From contig JBLIRO010000050.1 of the NCBI GenBank assembly GCA_049472335.1, positions 1 through 36,247 on the forward strand: DNA of 36,247 bases. The letters run 5' to 3'. The notes below the pieces were generated by a model that saw only the letters and a list, made by a program, of their open reading frames with translations, did not search any database and was not told where the DNA came from. Each line of letters begins with the position of its first letter. The stretch's first letter is position 1. Positions 8,877 through 19,731 of this stretch are shown piece after piece. Source of the stretch: a bacterium. GTDB taxonomy: Bacteria > SZUA-182 > DTGQ01 > JAFGSM01. A program made the translations under genes and the position numbers.

Positions 8877-11800
8877 CTATAACCATAAGGTTGACAAATA
8901 GTTACCGTATGTTGGAAACATTGAACCGGCCCCTAAATAAGAGGACCCTATACCTCCTCCTAATAAAGAAGAAAATCCAAAATTGCCTCCGAGATAGGGG
9001 GAACCAAATCCAAGACTGGAATAGGGGGACCCGAAACCGCTACCGAGATAGGGAGAACCAAATCCCAAGCTGGAATAAGGGGATCCAAAGCCGCCTCCGA
9101 GATAGGGGGATCCAAATCCAAGGCTGGAATAGGGGGACCCGAAACCTGACAATCCTCCTATCAATCCTCCCATCAATCCTCCATAAGACAGACCGGAAAA
9201 ACCCCCGGCATATCCTCCCAAAAGCCCCCCTCCTGGGATACCGTATGCTGAATAACCCATAGGAACTCCTCCCTGATAACCATATCCACCCATATATGCA
9301 CCTGAATATCCATAGGGTAAACCTCCTGAATAGCCGTAACCGTATGGGAGGTATCCACCTGAATACCCATAAGGATACCCTCCTGAATATGCGTATGGAT
9401 AGGTCGAGCCTGAATCCTGTCTGGTATAGGTCTTGCTCGCAATATCGCTGGAGGTAACTCCGTCTCTATAAGCCTTTGCTTTTATGGTCGTGGAACTGGT
9501 CAATGCGATTGATCCGGTATAAAGGGTTGAGCTTTGGGTTGGATTAGATCCATTTGTGGTAAAATAAATCTTGGCATCCGATGTATCTGTAGTGATGGAT
9601 ACAGTAACAGAAGTGGTAAAGTAATCCGAGGATGGAGAGAATACCGGTTTTGCAACCTTGGCCTGTAATACATAACCATTGGGTTGCGTGCATCGGACTT
9701 TATCTTCATCGGGATCGCCATATCCATCGCCGTCCGTATCCTCATACCAAACCGTTTCCGGATTGATTTCGTCATCAGTATCATCACAATCCTGATTGTT
9801 GGATACATAATCCTGGGGTTGGGAAAGGGCGGTAATGGAATCATCCGGGTCTCCATAACCGTCGCCGTCCGCGTCGTGATAAAAGGTGGAAAAAGCGGAA
9901 GACTTAAATATGATCGTATATTCTAAAACAGTCAAATCCAGAGATGAGAAATAAGTCCCATCAGATTCTGTGGTCTGATATGAATCGGTTGTAATCATAT
10001 TATCAACCAGGATCAAACCCGATTCATTATGGCCCCGTCTGAACTCTATTCGTTGTGCCTGACCAATAGTACCGGGGTTCCAGGATAATACCGGGAAGTA
10101 GCCGCCTGTGCCATATTCAGCATAGGGACCTATCATAACCGTTAAAAACCAGACCTGCAGATCCGATCCTATTGCCCGGATGTCTGTCAGAAAATCCTCC
10201 GGAGTGCCATTTAATTTCATATAAGCCGTATAATTGGGTGGTTCCCCGGGAGGAGCTTGATACGTCAACGCATTCTGATCCATCCCGATCGTTACACTGC
10301 TTGTTTTATTAGCACCTTCCAGGTCCTGGCCGGTAGCCGTAATGATAAGTTCCCATGCCTCCCCGCTGGTATCGCTGTTCAGGTGCAATGATTTCTTTCT
10401 GCTCTGTGATCCCGTGCTGCTAACCTTCAGGATTGATTGATCATTCGTATTGCTAAGAAGTATCCAGTATCCCTCTTTGGGATAGAGGCTTTCTGATGCC
10501 TGTACCCTTTTATAGCCCACATCCTGCTGGAAGCCATAGATAACGTCGATATGGCCTGTATTGATGGTGGGCTTGGCTGGAGATGAACATGAGCCTATCA
10601 GGAACCACCCATTCGTTACAGGAAGGGTATATTCAGTTACGGGAGTGCCGGAGATCGAATAGGTTCTTGCTTCGGGCATTAATATCCAGTATCCCTCCCC
10701 GACATTTAGTTCCTCATCTTGTTTTATACGCACATACCCTGACTCCTTCTCAAAGCCATAAATGACCTGTGCCTCAGGGAACAAATCAGACACGAGAGAA
10801 TTTTCTCTATCTGCCGGGAGAGATATCAGACTCCAACCTTTTGGCAGATCAATAACATGACCGGTAGACCATTTAATGGAATACTTCAATACGCAGCCAA
10901 AAGAGGAATAGCAAGAGGCCTGCTCTTCCTTTGTCTGATATTGAGTGGTCTGTAACATATCATCAATAAGAAGGGTCTGGTTATCCTCTTCATCTATGGC
11001 ATACAACCGGAACTTATTTTCTTCGCTCTGAGTGCAAAAGTCATTAGCGTCCCAGCTTAATACGGGATAAAATCCGTCAAGGTTGGGATCCGCGTAATCG
11101 CTTATAGCCAGTGTAAAAATCCATTCTTCCGAAAACGAAACCGCCTTTCTGATATCTTCGTTCAGGTTGCCGGATAGGGTAAGGTATGCCGTGGAATTTG
11201 GGGGAGCGGAAGCGGCTGTATATGTTGCAGCGTTAGCATCGATCCCTATATATATCCTGCTGACACTTGTGGCGCCTTCAAGCCCGTGTTCCTCCCCTTG
11301 CCCCCTGGCCTGGATTTGAGCTCTGAAAATGCATTCTCCTGGGCCGGGTTCTCCTTCCTCTACGGTCACCGTAAAAGAGCATTCAGATGTATTGTTCGAT
11401 GAATCAGTGGCAGTTACATGAACAGGAGTAGTAGTTCCTACTGGGAACATAGAGCCCGGGACAGGATCGTATGTAATTACCACATTTGGATCCATATCCT
11501 CGACAGTCGCTTCATAGTAAACCTCTGTTTCAGTGTCCAGGGTTCGAATCGTCATATTGTCCGGGCAGGTGAGTACAGGATCGTTGGTGTCGTTGATGAT
11601 GACCTTTTGCTCCTGAGTCACGATGTTTCCATGAGCATCCTCATAGATCCACTCCACTGTGTAAGTGCCGGGCGAGGTGTATGTGAGGGGACCATTTGTA
11701 TAGGCAGTGATTGTATTCCCATAAAAATCGGTGGCAGTCGGCGGGGTGAGTGTTCCCGCTTCATTAACTCTTGTGAAATCAGGAAGAGGATCGACATCAG

Positions 11801-14800
11801 GGACGGGCGGCAAAATTACTAAAAGTTCAATTGCGCCAAACAATTCCTCGGTAGGAATATCTTCCACCAATGTATTGGTCTTTGAATCTATGATCTTAAC
11901 ACCCTGTGGATCATCGTTCCCATCCATCGGGTCCGTTACATAGACATATTCACCCAAAACAGCCATATCCACGAAGGGATGGGCGTTGCTTGGATGAGCG
12001 CCTATATCTATTTGTCCGAGGGCCCTGTCATTTGCTAAGTCTATGACCGTGACGGTACTTTCTGCGTTTGCTGCATATACCCTGTTATTGACAACTGCAA
12101 AATCAAGCACGTCTCCGGCAGTCTCGGACTTAACCTGAAACGCGTTGACTATTGAATTGCTTGTGGCATCCACCACTGCCACGACCGTTCGCCCGCCTAA
12201 GTAAATCTTGTTTTCAGCAACCTTTTTGATTCCGGTCGGACCAAGGTAATTAATCACTCCGCCGTAATTAATAAAACGTATATTGGACCCTGTGCTTAAA
12301 TCCTTTACTACAACTACACCCCCGGGGTATTGGCCGCTGCCCGGAAAGGGGAGAAAGATTTTGTCATTGACGATCTCGAAGGCTTTAGGATTGCCGGGGC
12401 CGCCGGAATAAGGGTATGGATTGGAAAAAGGGATAGTCCTGACAACGCTTTCGGTTTCAGGATCGATTTCCTGTATGGAATATCCGTAACGGTTAAGCAC
12501 ATATAATTTCCCGTTATATTCCTTTAACGCGCCAGGTGTCGGGTCAGTATCTATTGTATTTACAATGAGATCCGTGGTCGGATCAATGACCATGATCTGA
12601 TTTACCTCGCATTGTTCATTCGCGGTGCCGGGCACGCTTATGAATATCTTTGAGCCCAGGATCTTGATGTCATTGATATGAGGAGCTAGAGAACTGCATG
12701 AGCTGGATGGGGTATAAATGTCGATGGTCTGTATCAAATCATTGGTATTCAAATCCATAACGCTGATATTGCTTCCCATGAGATTTGAAATATAAGCCTT
12801 CTTTGATGCCTGTCTTTGCTCCGGCTGTATTATATCTATTGCCCCGAAATATTCTGTTGTTGAAACACTGCCTACTACGGTATCCGTTATTGCATCGATT
12901 ATCTTTACGCCCTGAGCAGTGCCCGATCCATCGGATGTGTCCGTGACATATACCAGGTTGTCTGATCCAACGATATCCACATGGGGATGGGCAACATAGG
13001 AATGGGAGTTTACGTTGATCTTTGTGATCAATGTGTCGTCGGAGAGATCGATCACACTCACTGTGCTTTCCGAATTGGCTGTATAGACCTTATTGGACGC
13101 AACGGCAAAATTAAGCACATAACCTTTACTTTCAGTTTTAACCTGTACAGTCTTTACAATTGTATCCGTGGTTATATCTAATACAGCCACATCATAACGG
13201 CCGCCCAGATAGATCTTATTACTGGCCACCCTCTTGATACCCCTGGGTCCGTAATTATCAACCGAGTCAAAATTTATAAAGTCGATTTCATTACCGTTTG
13301 ACAGATTCAAGACCAGGACCCCTCCGGGTGTGGTGCCTTTTCCGGGGAAGGGCAGATAAATCTTATCATTGACAATTTCAATATTTGTCGGGTTATTCAT
13401 TTGATTGGGATTGGGATTGGAAAAGGAAATGGTTCGCAGGATGCTTTCGGTAGCGGGATCGATTTCATGGATACTGTAGTCATTGCGATTCACGACATAG
13501 AGCTTGCCGTTGTATTCCTTTAAGCCGGAGGGAGCTCGATCCATATTGATGGTATTTACAACAGCATCCAAGTTTGTGTCAATAACCTTCATCTTATTGA
13601 TTTCGCATTGTGAGCCCGAAGCTCCTGGCACGGTGACGAAGACCTTGGAGCCTATTATCTTGATGTCATTAATATAGGGTGCGCTTTGGAGACATGAGCT
13701 TGAAGGTGTAAAGATATCGATGGTTTTGATGACAGTATTGTTCGCCAGATCGATGACGCTCACTTTGGTTCCCTGAACGTTGGACACATAGGCCTTTTCA
13801 GGAAGAGGCGGGACATATGCCTCAAGTATGTCTATGGCCCCGAAAAATTGATCTGTTGATATCTTTCCTACAACGATATCCGAAGCCGAATCGATAATAT
13901 GAACACCCTGTGGTGCATCGTCTCCATTGACAGCGTCAGTAGCATATACCTTGCCATCAAAGGCAGCAATACCCACAAGGGGATGCGCTCCGGTCGGATG
14001 TACGTCAAGGTCGATCTGGGCGATAAATGAATCTGAGGAAAGATTTATAACACTGACACTGCTTTCCGGATTAGCCGTGTAGACTTTATTGGATACCACC
14101 GCAAAATCAGCGATCAATCCCTCGGTCTCATTTTTGACCTGTACTGCATTCACAATTTTGTCAGTTGTTGTGTCAAAAACACCCACATGTTTAATCCCGC
14201 CGAGATATATCTTGTGCGCAGCCACCTGTTTGATGCCAAGAGGCCCATATCCGTCAATTTGTCCGAAGACCTCGAATCTTATGGCATTACCTGTTGCCAA
14301 ATCCAAAACTCCCACTCCTCCTTGGGCGTTCCCTGAACCAGGATAGGGGAGATAGATCTTGTCATCCACTATTTCTAAGCGTCTTGGATTAGACATTTGA
14401 TATGCGCTCAGATTCGGGAAGGGGATCGTTCGAATGATTGTTTCCGTATTTGGATCGATTTCATGTATTGTATTTGAGCCTTGATTTACTACATAGAGTT
14501 TTCCCTTATATTCTCTCAAGCCTGAGGGAAGCCTGTCCGTATCTATTCTGTTGACCACTGTATCGGTTGCCGTATCAATGACGGCGATCTGGTTTATCTC
14601 GCACTGGGTTGTTTCGGCCCCGGGTACACTTATAAAGACCTTGGAGCCTATGATTTCGATATCGTGAATAAAGTAGGGTGATTCAGAAGTGCATGAGGAG
14701 CTTGGCGAGTAGATATTGATTATCTTGATTATGGAATTTGTTGATAAATCGATAACATTGACATTGGTTCCGTATATGTCAGTCACATAGGCTTTGCCTG

Positions 14801-14912
14801 CCGCTTGTGCAGCAGGGATTGAAGAGAGTAAAAAGAGTATTGCCAATAAGGATATGAAGACGGATGTGAATAAGAGATCTTTTTTCAAAGAATGAGGTTT
14901 TAAGCAGGCCAT
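8877..14912 (-). CDS. 2011-aa secreted multidomain surface protein: 3 YVTN/YncE-type beta-propellers, HYR-like domain, duplicated module, LxxGWxL domain, DxDGDGYG metal-binding repeats, Fn3-associated/CHB_HEX_C-like domain, Gly/Tyr/Ser tail
   Basis: Signal peptide ending AAQA. Three ~333-aa units begin KAY(V/I)..(Y/F)(S/T)PSSSC. HYR-like [80 protein letters not shown]. Confidence 0.85.
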   Translation of the reverse strand: MACLKPHSLKKDLLFTSVFISLLAILFLLSSIPAAQAAGKAYVTDIYGTNVNVIDLSTNSIIKIINIYSPSSSCTSESPYFIHDIEIIGSKVFISVPGAETTQCEINQIAVIDTATDTVVNRIDTDRLPSGLREYKGKLYVVNQGSNTIHEIDPNTETIIRTIPFPNLSAYQMSNPRRLEIVDDKIYLPYPGSGNAQGGVGVLDLATGNAIRFEVFGQIDGYGPLGIKQVAAHKIYLGGIKHVGVFDTTTDKIVNAVQVKNETEGLIADFAVVSNKVYTANPESSVSVINLSSDSFIAQIDLDVHPTGAHPLVGIAAFDGKVYATDAVNGDDAPQGVHIIDSASDIVVGKISTDQFFGAIDILEAYVPPLPEKAYVSNVQGTKVSVIDLANNTVIKTIDIFTPSSSCLQSAPYINDIKIIGSKVFVTVPGASGSQCEINKMKVIDTNLDAVVNTINMDRAPSGLKEYNGKLYVVNRNDYSIHEIDPATESILRTISFSNPNPNQMNNPTNIEIVNDKIYLPFPGKGTTPGGVLVLNLSNGNEIDFINFDSVDNYGPRGIKRVASNKIYLGGRYDVAVLDITTDTIVKTVQVKTESKGYVLNFAVASNKVYTANSESTVSVIDLSDDTLITKINVNSHSYVAHPHVDIVGSDNLVYVTDTSDGSGTAQGVKIIDAITDTVVGSVSTTEYFGAIDIIQPEQRQASKKAYISNLMGSNISVMDLNTNDLIQTIDIYTPSSSCSSLAPHINDIKILGSKIFISVPGTANEQCEVNQIMVIDPTTDLIVNTIDTDPTPGALKEYNGKLYVLNRYGYSIQEIDPETESVVRTIPFSNPYPYSGGPGNPKAFEIVNDKIFLPFPGSGQYPGGVVVVKDLSTGSNIRFINYGGVINYLGPTGIKKVAENKIYLGGRTVVAVVDATSNSIVNAFQVKSETAGDVLDFAVVNNRVYAANAESTVTVIDLANDRALGQIDIGAHPSNAHPFVDMAVLGEYVYVTDPMDGNDDPQGVKIIDSKTNTLVEDIPTEELFGAIELLVILPPVPDVDPLPDFTRVNEAGTLTPPTATDFYGNTITAYTNGPLTYTSPGTYTVEWIYEDAHGNIVTQEQKVIINDTNDPVLTCPDNMTIRTLDTETEVYYEATVEDMDPNVVITYDPVPGSMFPVGTTTPVHVTATDSSNNTSECSFTVTVEEGEPGPGECIFRAQIQARGQGEEHGLEGATSVSRIYIGIDANAATYTAASAPPNSTAYLTLSGNLNEDIRKAVSFSEEWIFTLAISDYADPNLDGFYPVLSWDANDFCTQSEENKFRLYAIDEEDNQTLLIDDMLQTTQYQTKEEQASCYSSFGCVLKYSIKWSTGHVIDLPKGWSLISLPADRENSLVSDLFPEAQVIYGFEKESGYVRIKQDEELNVGEGYWILMPEARTYSISGTPVTEYTLPVTNGWFLIGSCSSPAKPTINTGHIDVIYGFQQDVGYKRVQASESLYPKEGYWILLSNTNDQSILKVSSTGSQSRKKSLHLNSDTSGEAWELIITATGQDLEGANKTSSVTIGMDQNALTYQAPPGEPPNYTAYMKLNGTPEDFLTDIRAIGSDLQVWFLTVMIGPYAEYGTGGYFPVLSWNPGTIGQAQRIEFRRGHNESGLILVDNMITTDSYQTTESDGTYFSSLDLTVLEYTIIFKSSAFSTFYHDADGDGYGDPDDSITALSQPQDYVSNNQDCDDTDDEINPETVWYEDTDGDGYGDPDEDKVRCTQPNGYVLQAKVAKPVFSPSSDYFTTSVTVSITTDTSDAKIYFTTNGSNPTQSSTLYTGSIALTSSTTIKAKAYRDGVTSSDIASKTYTRQDSGSTYPYAYSGGYPYGYSGGYLPYGYGYSGGLPYGYSGAYMGGYGYQGGVPMGYSAYGIPGGGLLGGYAGGFSGLSYGGLMGGLIGGLSGFGSPYSSLGFGSPYLGGGFGSPYSSLGFGSPYLGSGFGSPYSSLGFGSPYLGGNFGFSSLLGGGIGSSYLGAGSMFPTYGNYLSTLWL
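8991..9146 (-). repeat. About three 54-nt tandem repeats encoding [17 protein letters not shown](G/S)
   Basis: GAGATAGGG recurs at 8991, 9045 and 9099, with synonymous divergence between copies. Confidence 0.9.
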
Positions 14913-15063
14913 TTTTCTTCCCCCTAAATCATTTAGTTTGGTTTATATATTAGGATTTATAAGTTAAGTGCCTAAATAAGAAATCCCTGCGCGATTAAAT
15001 TAATTGAAATGAGAATTTTGCAGGTAAATAAACATATAATCTAATGACGCAAAAGCCGGAAGG

Positions 15064-16314
15064 TTATTTACGGTTATGTTTAGTATTATCCGGTTCTTCA
15101 ATATGTCCATCCCTGCTATCGACCGAAGGCTCTCCTGAAATGGCGGTAAGGATCTGACTTCCCACCGGAGGACATCCCGGAATGAAGATGCCTTTTTCTC
15201 GATGAATTATTGTGCAGTTGCCTATGCAAAGAGTGCCTTTCGGAACCTCAGTGTTGCCTTTGCCAATTGCTATATTTATTTTTGTGTCCGGATTAAAATA
15301 ATCAAAAAGACGATCTCCGTAATGCTTAAGGAATAAGAGCAAAGTGGACTGACACGCGCTGCAGGAGTTTTTGTCATGGATATTGATATTCGGAAATTCG
15401 ATAGAAAGATTTACCGGTGGGGGAGAAAACGGGGAGATCCACTGGCACCAGTTATCAGGCATAACCGATATGGAGTTAATGTCGATAATGCCGTATCCTC
15501 GCTCTGCGCCGATGCGTAAATGAGGGATATCTTCCGCCTGAGTGCCCATTAACCTGCATGCTATCGAGTCAGCGGCAAAGGCATCGGCGCTTAAGACGAT
15601 TACATCTAGATGTTTGGCTTTCCCGGCGCTGGGCCCAAGCCCTTCCATGCCCACAGTGCCATCGATGATGGAAATATGCGGCCGGAGGACTGAGGACATA
15701 TCCGCGATAGCTATGTCGATTGGTTTTTCTTCGCGATCTTTCACCGGCGGAAGCATATGCAACTCTACCTTGCTACGGCGCCAAAGACAACCTTTCATGT
15801 TTTTTACAGAGAGCGTCACGCCAGTGTGCATGTGCATCTTCATGACCGGAAGGGACACGATGATGTCATATTCAAATACCTCAGGGCAGACCTTGAGGGA
15901 TTTGATCACAAGACCATGGGGAACTGAGACCTCAATAAAATGACGGGCATTCATATCGATCATGGGACAGCCCCTTGCGCACGCAATCGGTGTAATCCCA
16001 ATGGCATCGAAGGCTTCCTGAGCCTTAACCCCTACTATGGGGCTTTCCCCGACAGCTACATCTGCTCCGGCCTTTTTGAACGCATCGATAGCCGCGGCTA
16101 TTACCTGAGGATTCGTAACAATTCCTGACCCGGGAGGAGCAACCCGGCCTGCATTGGGTTTAAGCAATACCCGTTTTTCGTTCGCAGGTGAGAGATCAAT
16201 CTGAGAAAGAACCTCACGGGTATTGGTATAGGGGCCTTTTCCTGCCGCGACATAAACCGTTGAACGATTTAATATGTGCCGGAATGGGCTGTCAGTAATG
16301 TGGATCGATTTCAT
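15064..16314 (-). CDS. DUF362-domain protein with C-terminal Cys-rich putative Fe-S domain
   Basis: VLLKPN, LPVMKMHMHTGVTLSVKNMKG, IIDGTVGMEGLGP. C-terminal CSAC..CIGNC..PGCPP. Confidence 0.8.
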   Translation of the reverse strand: MKSIHITDSPFRHILNRSTVYVAAGKGPYTNTREVLSQIDLSPANEKRVLLKPNAGRVAPPGSGIVTNPQVIAAAIDAFKKAGADVAVGESPIVGVKAQEAFDAIGITPIACARGCPMIDMNARHFIEVSVPHGLVIKSLKVCPEVFEYDIIVSLPVMKMHMHTGVTLSVKNMKGCLWRRSKVELHMLPPVKDREEKPIDIAIADMSSVLRPHISIIDGTVGMEGLGPSAGKAKHLDVIVLSADAFAADSIACRLMGTQAEDIPHLRIGAERGYGIIDINSISVMPDNWCQWISPFSPPPVNLSIEFPNINIHDKNSCSACQSTLLLFLKHYGDRLFDYFNPDTKINIAIGKGNTEVPKGTLCIGNCTIIHREKGIFIPGCPPVGSQILTAISGEPSVDSRDGHIEEPDNTKHNRK

Positions 16315-16381
16315 AGCGTATGCCTTTTTAGATAAACAGGATTAACGTCTTTACTGAACTATAATAACCAGTATAACATTA

Positions 16382-17473
16382 TCAGTGCAAGTCAGGAAAC
16401 GCTTTGGCCACTTCAGAGCAAAGGATCTTCCCATCCCGCATATTCAGGGCGGCAGCCCGTCCTTTACTCTTGCCTATGAAAGAGTCGAGCCCGAGTTGGG
16501 CCAGCTCTAAGCAATAGGGAAGGGTTGCGTTACAGAGGGCTTGGCTGCTTGTTCTCCCAACCGCGCCGGGTATATTTGTGACGCAGTAATGAACCACTTC
16601 ATCAACCACAAATATCGGATTGCTGTGTGTTGTGGGGAGGCTGGTTTCAAAGCATCCACCCTGGTCAATGGATACATCCACTAAAACGGCCCCTTTCTTC
16701 ATTTGTCCCAGGATCTCCCGGTTTATTAAATGCGGAGTTCTGCCCCCCGGGATAAGAATCGCTCCAACAATGAGGTCGGCTTCTTTAGCATAGCGTTCTA
16801 CAGCATGCGGATCGCAGTAAACGGTAGCAACATTTGGAGGCATGATCTCATCCAGATAGCGTAAACGATCGAGGTTAATATCCATAACCACAACATTTGC
16901 CCCTAATCCTCCGGCTGTTCGTGCAGCGTTAGTACCCACTACGCCTCCGCCCAGGATCAAAACATTGGCAAGTTCAACACCCGCGACCCTGCCCAGAAGG
17001 ATTCCCCTGCCCATCATTGGCCTTTCAAGATACTTGGCGCCCTCCAGAATGGACATTTTGCCGGCAATCTCACTCATTGGTGTAAGAAGTGGGAGATGGC
17101 CCCGGGCATCTTCCAGGGTCTCATAGGCCATCGCGGAGATGCCGCTTCTCAGGCATTCCTCCGTAAGACTTCTGGAGCTTGCAAAATGAAAATTGCAAAA
17201 TAGAATCTGCCCTTTGTGCAGCTTTTTAATCTCTTCAGGCTGAGGTTCTTTGACCTTCATAATCAATTCTGCCTTATAAAAGATTTCATCAACACTATCC
17301 ACCAAATTTGCACCAGCGGCAGTATAAGCAGCGTCTTCGTAGCCACTTCCAAGGCCGGCTTCTTTTTCAATCAAGACCGTGTTGCCTTCCTGCGTTAACA
17401 TGTGAGATCCTACGGGAAGCATGGCCACTCTGTGCTCGTCGGCTTTAATTTCTCTAGGAACACCAACAATCAT
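16382..17473 (-). CDS. ald: Alanine dehydrogenase
   Basis: MIVGVPREIKADEHRVA, KVKEPQPEE, PLLTPMSEIAGK, ILGGGVVG, VDVSIDQGGCFETS, HYCVTNIPGAV. RBS AGGAGG. Confidence 0.95.
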   Translation of the reverse strand: MIVGVPREIKADEHRVAMLPVGSHMLTQEGNTVLIEKEAGLGSGYEDAAYTAAGANLVDSVDEIFYKAELIMKVKEPQPEEIKKLHKGQILFCNFHFASSRSLTEECLRSGISAMAYETLEDARGHLPLLTPMSEIAGKMSILEGAKYLERPMMGRGILLGRVAGVELANVLILGGGVVGTNAARTAGGLGANVVVMDINLDRLRYLDEIMPPNVATVYCDPHAVERYAKEADLIVGAILIPGGRTPHLINREILGQMKKGAVLVDVSIDQGGCFETSLPTTHSNPIFVVDEVVHYCVTNIPGAVGRTSSQALCNATLPYCLELAQLGLDSFIGKSKGRAAALNMRDGKILCSEVAKAFPDLH

Positions 17474-17678
17474 GTCTCTTACCTCCTAAATAAGCATCAG
17501 GTTTGACATTTGGCAATAAATAAAATATAAAATTTTTTCAATAGATAACAAAATCAATTGTCAAATGTCAAGACCGAATACCTATGTCAGTTTGTTTGCA
17601 GGGTTTTCTCTACCGACTTTGACACTGTCATGGTAAAAAATCCTTCCAGGATTAAATTGAGGTTGAGTATTACAAAAA

Positions 17679-17993
17679 ATGGATTATAATGAACCACAAA
17701 AGACGAAAGCGTCCTTTAGGGTTTTGGAAGATAATATTTTTTGTTTAAAGGATCATATACTTTTTGCCATATTCGAAGAGGGTGGGGTGGTATTTAATAT
17801 AAAGGATCGTATGTCATACCTATTGAACCAGACCGCCGCAGGGATAATAGATTTGTCAGATGGAAGAAATAACATCAGAGACATCATTTCTAAGCTCGCT
17901 CGGTATTATGAAAAGCCGGAAGAATCAGTGAGGGATGATGTTCGAAATTTTTTTAAAAATCTTTTAGAACGGGATTGGGTCCATGTTAAATGA
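17679..17993 (+). CDS. PqqD-family RiPP recognition element (RRE) protein 1
   Basis: GGVVFN..YLLNQTAAGIIDLSDG..IRDIISKLARYY..VRDDVRNFFKNLLERDWV matches the PqqD pattern. Confidence 0.85.
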   Translation: MDYNEPQKTKASFRVLEDNIFCLKDHILFAIFEEGGVVFNIKDRMSYLLNQTAAGIIDLSDGRNNIRDIISKLARYYEKPEESVRDDVRNFFKNLLERDWVHVK

Positions 17994-18273
17994 AAAGGGG
18001 AACATAAACATTAAACAGGATATTGTCCTAAGAGAGGAAGAAGAGGGTTCCTTTCTGTTTGATCCGAATACCGGCCGTATCTGCTTTTTAAATGAGACCG
18101 GGACAAACATCTGGAGATTGTGTGATAAATCAAAAACTCCGGATCAGGTTATCAGCAGGGTATGTTCGGATTACCCGGAAATACCTAAGGAACAAATTGT
18201 ACAGGACTGTTTGAAATTTCTGACAGATCTGGAAAAACTGGAATTTCTCTCGATAAAAGAAGAGAGTTATTAG
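17983..18273 (+). CDS. PqqD-family RRE protein 2 (ScmD/mycofactocin MftB-like)
   Basis: IVLREEEEGSFLFDPNTG..LNETGTNIWRLCD..DCLKFLTDLEKLEFL. Overlaps the previous gene by 11 nt. Confidence 0.88.
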   Translation: MLNEKGNINIKQDIVLREEEEGSFLFDPNTGRICFLNETGTNIWRLCDKSKTPDQVISRVCSDYPEIPKEQIVQDCLKFLTDLEKLEFLSIKEESY

Positions 18274-18281
18274 AGTTTTTT

Positions 18282-19454
18282 ATGTGTAATATATCAAAAG
18301 ATGAAATTAGCTACCCTTTACGTTCCATTTACTTTTATCCCACAGAATCCTGCAATCTGAGATGTATTCATTGCTGGCTCCGTCCTTCTTTTACAACCAA
18401 TGAGAAATCCTATCAGGTGCAGAATCAGGAAAATATTTCTGTGGAGATAATGGAGCAGGTCGTTAAGGATGTGCTTCCCCTTGGTTTATCCTCTATAAAA
18501 TTTACCGGCGGTGAGCCGTTCCTGAATCCGGATATTTTTGAATATCTGGATAGATTTTCCCAATATGATCTTCTGTTCGGTTTCGAAACAAATGGGACAT
18601 TGCTTACAAAAAAAATGGTTAAAAAGCTGAAGAGATATAATATAACCCTTTTCGCTGTCAGCCTGGACGGAAGTGTGTCATATATTCATGAAAGGATTCG
18701 GGGGGTAAAGGGAAGTTTTGATAGGACATTAAATGGGATTCAACTGCTTATCGAAAACAAAATATATCCTCAAATCATCTTTTGTCTTCAAAAAATAAAT
18801 GCCAATGATCTAGAGAACACGCTTCGTCTGGCCTATGAATTGAAAGTAAAATCCTTTGAAATCAATCCCCTTATCCTGCTGGGAGGAGAATCCTTAAAGA
18901 ACCAGGGATGCGAAGCCCTGCCGCTTGAAGAGCTTTTGGACCTTGAAAGAAGGATCGAGGGGGAATTCGTGAGCCTTTATCCGGATATGCTTATCGACCT
19001 ATATCTCCCTCCGGCTCTTAAGGGAATTAAAGATATCTCGAAGCATTCATTATGTAAATGCAATATTCTAAATATCTGTGGAATCCTCTCCAACGGAGAT
19101 GTTTCCATTTGCGGAATAGGTAAGAGGAAGAAGAGTTTGATAATAGGAAATGTGAAAGAAAAAGGCATTGCTGCCATCTGGAAAGAGGGAGCGCTTTTTA
19201 AGGAAATTCGTAAGAAGATACCCTTACAGATGAATGGGATATGCGGAAGATGCCTTTTTAAATATCAATGCCTTGGATTTTGCCGTGCCGAAGTCCTCTT
19301 TAATGATCGATCTTTGACAGATCCCTATAGGATTTGTGACGAGGTTTTTCAAAAAGGCCTTTTCCCTGAATCGAGGATTTTGGGTGAGAGGGAAGCATCC
19401 TTAATCCTTCAGTCTGGAAATGAAGGAGTCCATGATGTCAGATTCGAAAAATAA
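18282..19454 (+). CDS. Radical SAM/SPASM peptide maturase 1 (SynChlorMet ScmF-like)
   Basis: YFYPTESCNLRCIHCW (CX3CX2C), FTGGEP, ETNGT. SPASM Cys pattern C..GDVSIC..IGNV..CGRCLFKYQCLGFCRA..C. Confidence 0.9.
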   Translation: MCNISKDEISYPLRSIYFYPTESCNLRCIHCWLRPSFTTNEKSYQVQNQENISVEIMEQVVKDVLPLGLSSIKFTGGEPFLNPDIFEYLDRFSQYDLLFGFETNGTLLTKKMVKKLKRYNITLFAVSLDGSVSYIHERIRGVKGSFDRTLNGIQLLIENKIYPQIIFCLQKINANDLENTLRLAYELKVKSFEINPLILLGGESLKNQGCEALPLEELLDLERRIEGEFVSLYPDMLIDLYLPPALKGIKDISKHSLCKCNILNICGILSNGDVSICGIGKRKKSLIIGNVKEKGIAAIWKEGALFKEIRKKIPLQMNGICGRCLFKYQCLGFCRAEVLFNDRSLTDPYRICDEVFQKGLFPESRILGEREASLILQSGNEGVHDVRFEK

Positions 19455-19707
19455 AAAAAAGGAGTATGAGCCTCCTGTTATCAAGGAGATCGGGGGAAGT
19501 TTTGAGCAGGCCATGGGCGTATCAGACTGCCTTATTGGCAGCACATTTACAGCAACTCCATGTGTGAACGGATGGAGTGCGGTAGGAGGTTGTATAGTGG
19601 GGCAGACAGACAAAGTCTGTTCCGTGGGGGCCGGGGATATTGGGTCCTGCAGCAGGGGACACAGGGCTACCGGAGCCTGCATCACCGGACCTTCCACCTC
19701 TGCATAG
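19435..19707 (+). CDS. Putative RiPP precursor peptide, 90 aa, with leader and six CxxG repeats
   Basis: AAGGAG RBS 6 nt before ATG 19435. Charged leader with YEPPVI. Core has CLIG, CVNG, CIVG, CSVG, CSRG, CITG. Lies between the two rSAM genes on the same strand. Confidence 0.85.
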   Translation: MSDSKNKKKEYEPPVIKEIGGSFEQAMGVSDCLIGSTFTATPCVNGWSAVGGCIVGQTDKVCSVGAGDIGSCSRGHRATGACITGPSTSA

Positions 19708-19731
19708 AAAGGACTGAATTATAGGATATTT

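Noticed and set aside
8991..9146. CRISPR-like array
   Set aside because: Repeats are in-frame coding units with synonymous variation, with no unique spacers and no cas genes.
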